A stretch of 63,624 nucleotides of DNA, filler included, from Licmophora abbreviata (lineage: Eukaryota), in assembly GCA_900291995.1 (NCBI GenBank). It is 10 parts of 10 records of this genome, joined end to end, with 100 filler letters (N's around TTAATTAATTAA, not from the genome) between each part and the next. Parts side by side here need not be neighbours in the genome. Positions count along the whole stretch, not along the records: positions 55,698 to 58,153 come from OLMU01004107.1; positions 58,254 to 63,624 come from OLMU01004109.1; 8 more parts are not named here. One strand, 5' to 3'. Each line of letters opens with the position of its first letter. The first letter of the stretch is position 1. Below, piece after piece: positions 56,336 to 63,624 of the stretch. The notes under the pieces were generated by a model. That model saw only the letters and a program-made list of their open reading frames with translations. It was not told where the DNA came from and searched no databases. Made by a program: the position numbers and the translations under genes.

Positions 56336-58153
56336 CTATTTGGCTGCCGCAGCAAGTTCTTTGTAGCGTACTTGCATCTCGCTCTGGATCTTCTTATATT
56401 CCGACTTGTTGAACAAATCGTTCATTTCGAAAGGATCCTTCTTGAGATCAAAGAGCTGCTCAAACTCATAATCAGGCCACTGCGAGTACGGTTGGCAGCA
56501 GCAGCATGTGAGATCGAGCACCTATCGACAAACAGTTCGCTTTCACACATGGTATGGCAACTTACGTTCATGTACTTAAAATCTTTGCGCACCAAGGCGC
56601 TGGAAGCCGGGATTGTGTTGGTGTGCAAGTGAACAGGGTGTTCGTAGAAGAATTCTTTTCGCCACGGGGATGTTTCTTTGGGGTCTTCTACGTATAGATC
56701 GGAGATATCTCGCCCTTGCATCACGCTCGGAGGCTCGACTCCGGCCGCGCCCAGAATAGTTTCCGCAAGGTCGATATTCAGCGTGAACGCATCATTCGTT
56801 TCTCCGACCTTCTCTTTCGGGATACGCGGGTCCTGGACGACCAATGGGACACGGATGCTTTCTTGATGGGGATACCACTTTCCAGCTAAGGATATGAAAC
56901 AAACAGATTATGCTACAATGAGGGAACAAGCATACATCAAAGCAACAAAAGTCGGATCACTTGATATACGTACCCATGCCATGTTCGCTGTGGAAGTAGC
57001 CATTGTCTGTTGTAAATATGATCATTGTTTCGTCGAGGATACCTTGTCTCTCCAGTTCACTCACGATCGAGCCTTGAGACGAGTAGATTTTAAGAAGATG
57101 CTGTATGTGAGCAAACACCAAAAGGCTCAAAGACGTACATCCGCTATTCAAGTACTCACCGGCTGCCTCATCAATCTCACTTATAAGTCTGTAGTAGTTC
57201 TTCATCATGCGCTGATGCAGCTCAGGGTTACTGAAGCGCAACTTCCAACGGTATCGCGCCTCGTTCGTGTCGCCAAAGAAAGGTGGCTTGTCCTCTTGCC
57301 ATCGATTCGCGCTTCGCGGAAGTGGCACATCAATATCTTGATACAAGCTCATGCTCTTGTTCTGCGGGATGTACTGGTCGGGATTGCCGTCCTCAGAATG
57401 GGGAGCAAAGAAACAAACGCTCAGTACGAATGGCTTATCTTTTGGGCGCTCGTGTAAAAAGTCGAGGGCATCGATCTCGTTCTTTTTGGTGACATGAGTC
57501 TTTCCCATAAAGTGCGAGCCATAGTAGGAACGCCAAAAGTGAAAATCATGTTCAATCGGACGCGAATCAAAGTGCCTGAGCGAAAGAACAAAGAAAGCGA
57601 TAAGCTCCATGCAACATCCATTCTAGATCAGCAAGCACATGAAGACTCCTACCATTTTCCAACGTGGCCCAAATGATATCCCGCTTCGTTCAGCAAATGA
57701 GGCCAGCTGCTGTTCCAATCGCTGTAGAACTGTGCATCGTTCGGCATGGACGTCAAGTGTCGAGAGAAATACTTGCCGCTGTAAAGCGTAGCACGACTGA
57801 TCCAACAGACCGATGTTGTGACACAGTTATGAGTGAATCGCATCCCATTGCGTGCCATGTTGTCAATATGAGGCGTCTGAACGATTGACGTTCCGGCGAT
57901 TCCGATCGAATCATGGCGCATATCATCGGCATAGAGCAATACAATATTCATGGGCTTCTTCGGCTTCGGCTTCTCTGCTGGCTCTTTCTTCTCTTTGGTA
58001 GACTCCTTTTCGCTTTCTTTCTTTGCTTTTTCCTGTGCTTCCTTCAGAGCCTGTGCGGCTACTGATGCTGCGGCCGCCTTGGCCTCGGCCACCTCTTTCT
58101 CAAAGGTGACTTGCTTCTTGTCGTCGCTTCCCGTAGTCACCAGCCCAGGTGCT
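56336..58153 (-). CDS. Formylglycine-dependent sulfatase (S1 family), 5' end lost in a gap
   Basis: MNIVLLYADD, CWISRATLYSG, GKWH, FFAPH, FTTDNG..EHG..GKW..ESIRVP, NIDLAETIL, EQLFDLKKDPFE; four GT-AG introns. Confidence 0.9.
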
Positions 58154-58351
58154 NNNNNNNNNNNNNNNNNNNNNNNNNNNNNNNNNNNNNNNNNNNNTTA
58201 ATTAATTAANNNNNNNNNNNNNNNNNNNNNNNNNNNNNNNNNNNNNNNNNNNNCGACAGCGACCTTCCACTCTGCAACGACTCAACCTTTAGCGAGAATA
58301 CAATGCCGTTTGGGTCTTTCCAAGTACAGATCAGCAGCAATTGACTCGATC

Positions 58352-61300
58352 ATGGTCGGAGAATCTTCAACAGAATCGAAATCGGAAGAGTCGCTGAACG
58401 TGTCGGCGTCTCGTTCCGCGCTTCCGACGCCAGTTTCAGCGCCGCTGTTTTACGGCCGGGATTCAGAATCGCAAATGCTCCGTGCTGCCTACGAGCGGCA
58501 CTGCGGTGCCTCCACTTCCAATAATATTATGAGCGAATTGGTGATTGTCAACGGAGCATCCGGGACTGGCAAAACATCGTTGGTGTATCATGTGTTACAG
58601 CCTCTGGTACAGCAGCAAAGTGGGGGCATGTTCTTGTCGGGAAAGTTTGATCAGCCGAGTCGCCACAAGACGGGGCAAGTGCCGTATGGTCCCTTTGTCA
58701 CAGCTTTTTCCAACTGGGTAGAGAAGATTAGATCTCAGGATGTTCTCAGTCATTTGCAGGATCAGCTTGTGCAGGAACTAGATATGGATGAAAGGAGTCT
58801 TCTGGCGGATACCGTTCCGGCCCTTGCGACTGTCTTGCAGGTACCATCAGATCTCGCATCGCGTCGCCGAAGTAGTTTGCTTGAACAGTTCCCAGAATTC
58901 GACGTTTCGCGGCATCTTTTCTTGAGTGAGAGTCAACTGGATTATTCCAACGAGCTGAGCCAGGATGAGGAAGATGGTGGTGGCACACAAGACCGGTCCC
59001 TTGATCAGACGGGACTCACTGGTGGGGCTCAGAAACAACGCTTTCTGGCAGCATTTGTGAGCTTCCTCCGTATCACTACATCGCGTGAGCGACCATTGGT
59101 CCTGTTCCTAGATGATCTGCAGTGGGCGGATCAAAGTAGTCTGGATCTGCTCTCTGCTTTGGCACTGCGGGAGAAACACAATGGGCTCATGCTGTTGGGA
59201 GCCGTTCGTGGTAACGAAGTTGGACTCGATGACGTATTGGCAGTCGTCTTACGAGCTATGGAGGATGCCAATGTGATTATTACAAATATTGAGCTCCATA
59301 ACTTTGATCGGGAAAATGTCAAGGGGATGGTTGCGCAACAATTCCCAACGGACGACCTGGACAGGGTTTCGAATGATGTGTACAATCAGACCGACGGAAA
59401 CGCATTCTATATTGCGCAGCTCATGACCCTCTATCAGCAGAAGGGAGTTCTAACTAGAAACGTCATAAGCAAAGAGTGGCATTGGGACGAGAATCGGATA
59501 GAAAACCGAAACAAGCGCAACGTATCCGACGTGATGAAAGATTCCTTGCATGAGCTTCCTGAGGCTGTGCAGCTGGTTTTGAAAGTTGCTGCTTGTATCG
59601 GGTCGAAGTTTCAGGAGCGACATGTCAAGATTGTGCTACCCGATATTGACGTACGCGCTGCACTCGAGATAGCTTCTGAAAAGGGCATTGTCCAATATGC
59701 GTCTGGCCGGGGAATGTTCAATCATGACAGACTGCAGGAAGCGGCCTACAAGTTGATACCTGAGAACCGCCGTTCCATTCTTCATGCGTCTATTGGACGG
59801 AATCTGCTAAACGCATTTTCTGAAGAAGAGCTCGACGAGAACATATTTCTTGTTGTTAATCAGTTCGGCGCTGGCATTGAGGAGATAATCGGTTCGAGGC
59901 AGAGAGACCGACTTTCAATTCTATGTCTTCGTGCCGGTGAGAAAGCGGTGGTGTCTTCGGCATTTGAGCCTGCAGCTTCCTATCTAGACATCGGTATTTC
60001 CTGTCTCGATTCTTCGTACTGGAAGTATCAGTACAATTTAAGTCTGGCGCTATTCAGCTCTGCGGCTGAAGTCGAGTACTGCAATGGGAGATTCGACAAG
60101 ATGGATCGTTACATTAAAGAAGTGTTTGCGAACGCCAAGACGTTCAATGACAAGATCAGATCGTACACGTCGCATGTGTTCGCTCTTGGAGCACAGCAAA
60201 AATTTCAAGAAGCGATCGACACCGGTCTTTATGTGTTGAGCGAGCTAGGTATGCGATTCCCGCACGGCCACGAAAAATCCACGCCATAATCGCAGTACTC
60301 AAGACGAAGCGACTCCTTCGTGGAAAGACAGCAGACGATATTGTAAATCTCCCCGTTATGACGAATCCAGAGACGCTTGCAGCCTTGCACATGCTCAACT
60401 TGATATCGCTTTATGTTTTCTTCACAAGACAAGCCTATCTTCCGCTCATGTCTACTCGTTTTGTGCAAACGACATTGTCGAGCGGCCTCAGCGGCTTCGG
60501 TAGCTCTGGCTTCGGCTACCATGCGATGCTTACTTGCGGAGTCTTGGGTGATATTGATGGCGGCTACTTCTACGCTCAGATCGCCCTTCGGCTCCTCGAA
60601 AAATTTCATGCCAAGGCGTATGTTGCTCGTGTGTATGTCCCCGTGTATGGCATGGTTGTGAGTATCACTGCAATGATATCGTGTATGAGTCCAGTATTCT
60701 CGTATGATTCGGACAATAACTCAATCTTGTATCGCTGTCATTGCCTACGCAGACGAGCTGGAAGGAGCCAGTACGAAACAGTTTTGGACCCTTGAAACTG
60801 GCCTACCGAAATGGCCTCGACTCGGGTGATATGGAGTTTGCCATGCTTGCCGCGACATTATATGTATTTTCGTCTCTCTTCGCCGGGGCGCCACTGATTC
60901 AGCTTCAGAGTGAGGTCCGCACTTTTCTTGCAGAGGGCAAGTCGCACAAGCAACAGGGCATACTATCGCTAGTTCTACCGGCGGCACAGATGATAGATAA
61001 TCTCATGGGCAACGCAAAGAGTAGCCCGTCTCTCCTTACGGGTGACTTTATGGACGAGGAGACGTATCTGAGACACCCAGAGCATAAGAAAGGCTCTGCG
61101 CACTTTGTGTCCATAAACCTCCGCCGACTCATGTGTAAGTACAGGGGTGAATATGCGAAGACCGCGCTCAGCCTCGTCAGAATACATGCCAACAAGCGTT
61201 CCTCACTCTTGTATGCATACGGGACACAGGTGCATACGTCATGAACGACCTTGAAACAAGTTCGATTTCGGCAGCGAACAGCCGTGGGATTGAGAAGGAA

Positions 61301-61755
61301 ATTGTCTCATCGCTGTCGGCCTCCATGCAGGCATTCTATGATGGCTTGTCTTGCATTGCTCTGGCAAGGCGAGAAAAGAATCGCTGGCGCAGAGCCTCGA
61401 AGCTCCAGAAAGCTCGACGCAGTTGGAAGAAACTCAAACGATGGGCGACGAAAGCCCCGCAGAATTTTGCGGACAAGGTATACTTGCTGGAAGCAGAGCT
61501 TGCCAGCATGGCGGGAAGAGTCGATTCCGCACTCGACCTGTACAAGCAGGCCATTGCAGAGGCCGAGAAGGAAGGTTCATTCACAATAAGGCCGTTGCTA
61601 GTGAGAGAATGGGCGATACGCTCCTCCGAGGCGGGAGCAGTGATGCTCGCGCCTGTTTTGAAACGGCACGGGATGCCTATCAGGAATGGGGTGCCCGAGC
61701 GAAGGTGGATCAGCTTGACGAGATGATTGCAGAATTGTGGCCCTCCGCATCGTGA
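58352..61755 (+). CDS. STAND-class AAA ATPase (COG3899/AAA_16-like) with helical/TPR C-terminus; frameshifts at about 60275 and 61577
   Basis: Walker A GASGTGKT, SGKFDQ, Walker B LVLFLDDLQWAD, TDGNAFY, FNHDRLQEAAY, LLEAE, AYQEWGARAKV; introns 60658-60752 and 61135-61229. Confidence 0.8.
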
Positions 61756-62314
61756 GATCACGATCGGCATATCACGATCGGCATCAACCTCGATCAACGT
61801 CAAAACTACAATTGCTACTCGCTAATTTCTGTGTATATTATAGCGACTGCTTTCGCCGCCGCGAGTGTCAGTTGACGAATGCTTCTGGTGTTATAGACCT
61901 GTGAAATACAAACACAAGGAAGACTATAGGATTGTAGGGTGACATCCTTGATGGCACATCTCCGCGCAGAGGTCGTGATCGTACGACTTTTGCGATCGCT
62001 ATGATACAACTGTCTAGCGGCGTAGGCGAACGGTTGGAGGAGCATCTCGAATCTTCTAGTCTCCAGCACAACAGTATAGGTGCGGTGATGGTACGAGGTG
62101 CGCCAGTTCGACATGCGTGCAAGTGGAGCTCGAGCGCGCCAATCCGAAAATTGAAAATTGAAAATTGAACTATGTGCAAAATTCAAAATTCCGTTCCAAA
62201 GTTCTGCTTCTTGCTGTCCCGTTTCTTTCCACATCACAATGTGGAGCTATATACCAATGCAGCACCTGTGTTTCTCCTCAAATCGCTTCCTTCTGACTTG
62301 CATCGACAGAAACC

Positions 62315-63624
62315 ATGGAAGACGGTACTCACAAGGAGGATGACTTTGTCCAAATCGAAACGCCCCCTGTCGACGACGATGCTTCCACGGCTTCATCTCT
62401 CAAGGACCAGATTCGTGTCGTGCACTACGACGAGGACACGCAGGAAACGCCCGCGCCGCTCGAAAACATGCCTCAGGATCCTCATCCGGTCCAGGTTGCT
62501 CTCGTGAGTGCTGCAGAGAACACCAAGACAGCCGTGAGCAAGGCCGTCAAGGATGTGCAGGGATGGAGTGACGAGAATCTCGTGCCACATGTGGAGACCG
62601 TTAAGACCAACACCTCCAAGACCTTTGCGGCCCTCGGAGAATCCACCAAGAACACAGTCGACACACACGTAGTTCCTCACGTGGAATCGCTCAAAGCCAA
62701 CACTTCCAAAACGATGGAGCACATTACCAACAGCACGCGCAGTATTGTCGACGACCACGTTGTGCCCAACTACGAAAGCATCAAGACCAACACGTCCAAG
62801 ACGGTCGAGCAAATTAGTACTAGTACACGCGAAGCCTATGTCGAAAAGGTCCAGCCGCACGTGTCGACACTCACGGAAATGGCAAAGCTGTTTGCACCCT
62901 ACTACCTGGGAACAGCGCCTGCCTTGTTCGATGGCGACGCCAGCGTTTGGTACATGCACCCACTCGTCGAGGCTTCCTGTCGCTCGTACGGACAAGTGGT
63001 CTTCTGCAACAATCCCGTGACGGGAGTCTTGATCTGGTTCGCCCTCTTTTGTGCCTCGCCTCTGGCGGGCATTTGTGCGCTTGTGTGCGTCGCATCGGTA
63101 CGTACACAAGACGACCGCCTTGACGTGAAGGAGCGTGTGGGATATCGCAACCGTGCCCACTACTAGAAGCTGGACCATCAGGCATCTCACCCAAAATGAT
63201 CATTTTGCTTGATTCTTATATATTACTTCATGCAGGCCAATGCTTCGGCATGGTATCTGGAGATGGACGCGGTGTCACTTCGCAAAGGAAGTTTTGCCTA
63301 CAATGCGGTCTTGGTAGGCTGCGGCGTCGCGACTTTCTTGTCGTTTGACTGGGGATTCGTCATGTCCATTCTCTTGTCCCTCTTGGCTGGTCCCTTGGTG
63401 GTACTTGCCTATGTGTACACGGTCAGTTCCTGTCTCTTGGCCGTTGCACCTGCCGGCGAATGGAGTTTTGATTGTCATTCTGCTGAGCGCCGTCGTTTGG
63501 GGTTCGACAACCGTCGTTCCCGAAGACGAGACAGGAGGTTTCTTGGCAAATCTCTTCCATGGCATTTCGAAAATGTTCCTTGTCAAGGGAGCCTTCTCTG
63601 GCTTCTTGATTCTGATTGCCATGG
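62315..63624 (+). CDS. UT/SLC14-type urea transporter with an N-terminal repeat domain (3' partial; frameshift near 63422)
   Basis: RSYGQVVFCNNPVTG, GSFAYNAVLVG, WPLHLP; intron 63098-63235. Confidence 0.75.
62582..62870 (+). repeat. Three-plus tandem 90-nt (30-aa) coding repeats, VP(H/N)xExxKxNTSKT
   Basis: Units start at 62582, 62672, 62762 and 62852 (partial). Confidence 0.85.

Noticed and set aside
30322..58153. A 'sulfur cluster' of SQR, sulfotransferase, sulfatase and an MBL-fold protein as a putative persulfide dioxygenase
   Set aside because: The genes are separated by unrelated housekeeping genes and scaffold gaps and have different predicted compartments. The MBL-fold protein looks like DUF4336 and lacks the ETHE1 HxHxDH motif.
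28744..61577. Programmed ribosomal frameshifting or mass pseudogenisation
   Set aside because: The shifts go in both directions, share no slippery or stop motif, often sit in short homopolymers and hit conserved genes; sequencing error is more parsimonious.
61758..61784. Tandem ATCACGATCGGCAT duplication after the ATPase stop codon; also (GA)n at about 48881, (TG)n at about 49057 and (TA)n at about 46552
   Set aside because: Ordinary short tandem repeats in UTR or intergenic DNA with no further structure.

Overview
Eukaryotic, gene-dense, intron-containing DNA, almost certainly from a diatom: it has two silicanin-family genes, many signal-peptide plus F/W/Y bipartite plastid presequences, a DUF6824 gene and short GT-AG introns. 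It is a scaffold of 10 contigs joined by 100-nt N-TTAATTAATTAA-N spacers. Several spacers sit between overlapping contig ends, and about 10 single-base frameshifts, about half at homopolymers, indicate an error-prone consensus. About 35 protein-coding genes can be supported. The standout is an intact, intronless, bacterial type I (SqrA-like) sulfide:quinone oxidoreductase at 47179-48747. It carries a diatom plastid-targeting presequence and lies on the same contig as spliceosomal-intron genes, which suggests plastid sulfide oxidation feeding the plastoquinone pool. Other items of note are a tail-to-tail pair of plastid-targeted PebA-like bilin reductases, a structured H/ACA-like element in the RPL22 intron, a Tat-signal one-Cys MsrB-like protein, CruP, an ankyrin-TRP channel, a UT-type urea channel with 30-aa repeats and a stand-alone STAND ATPase. 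All family assignments come from motif recognition by eye; no searches were run.
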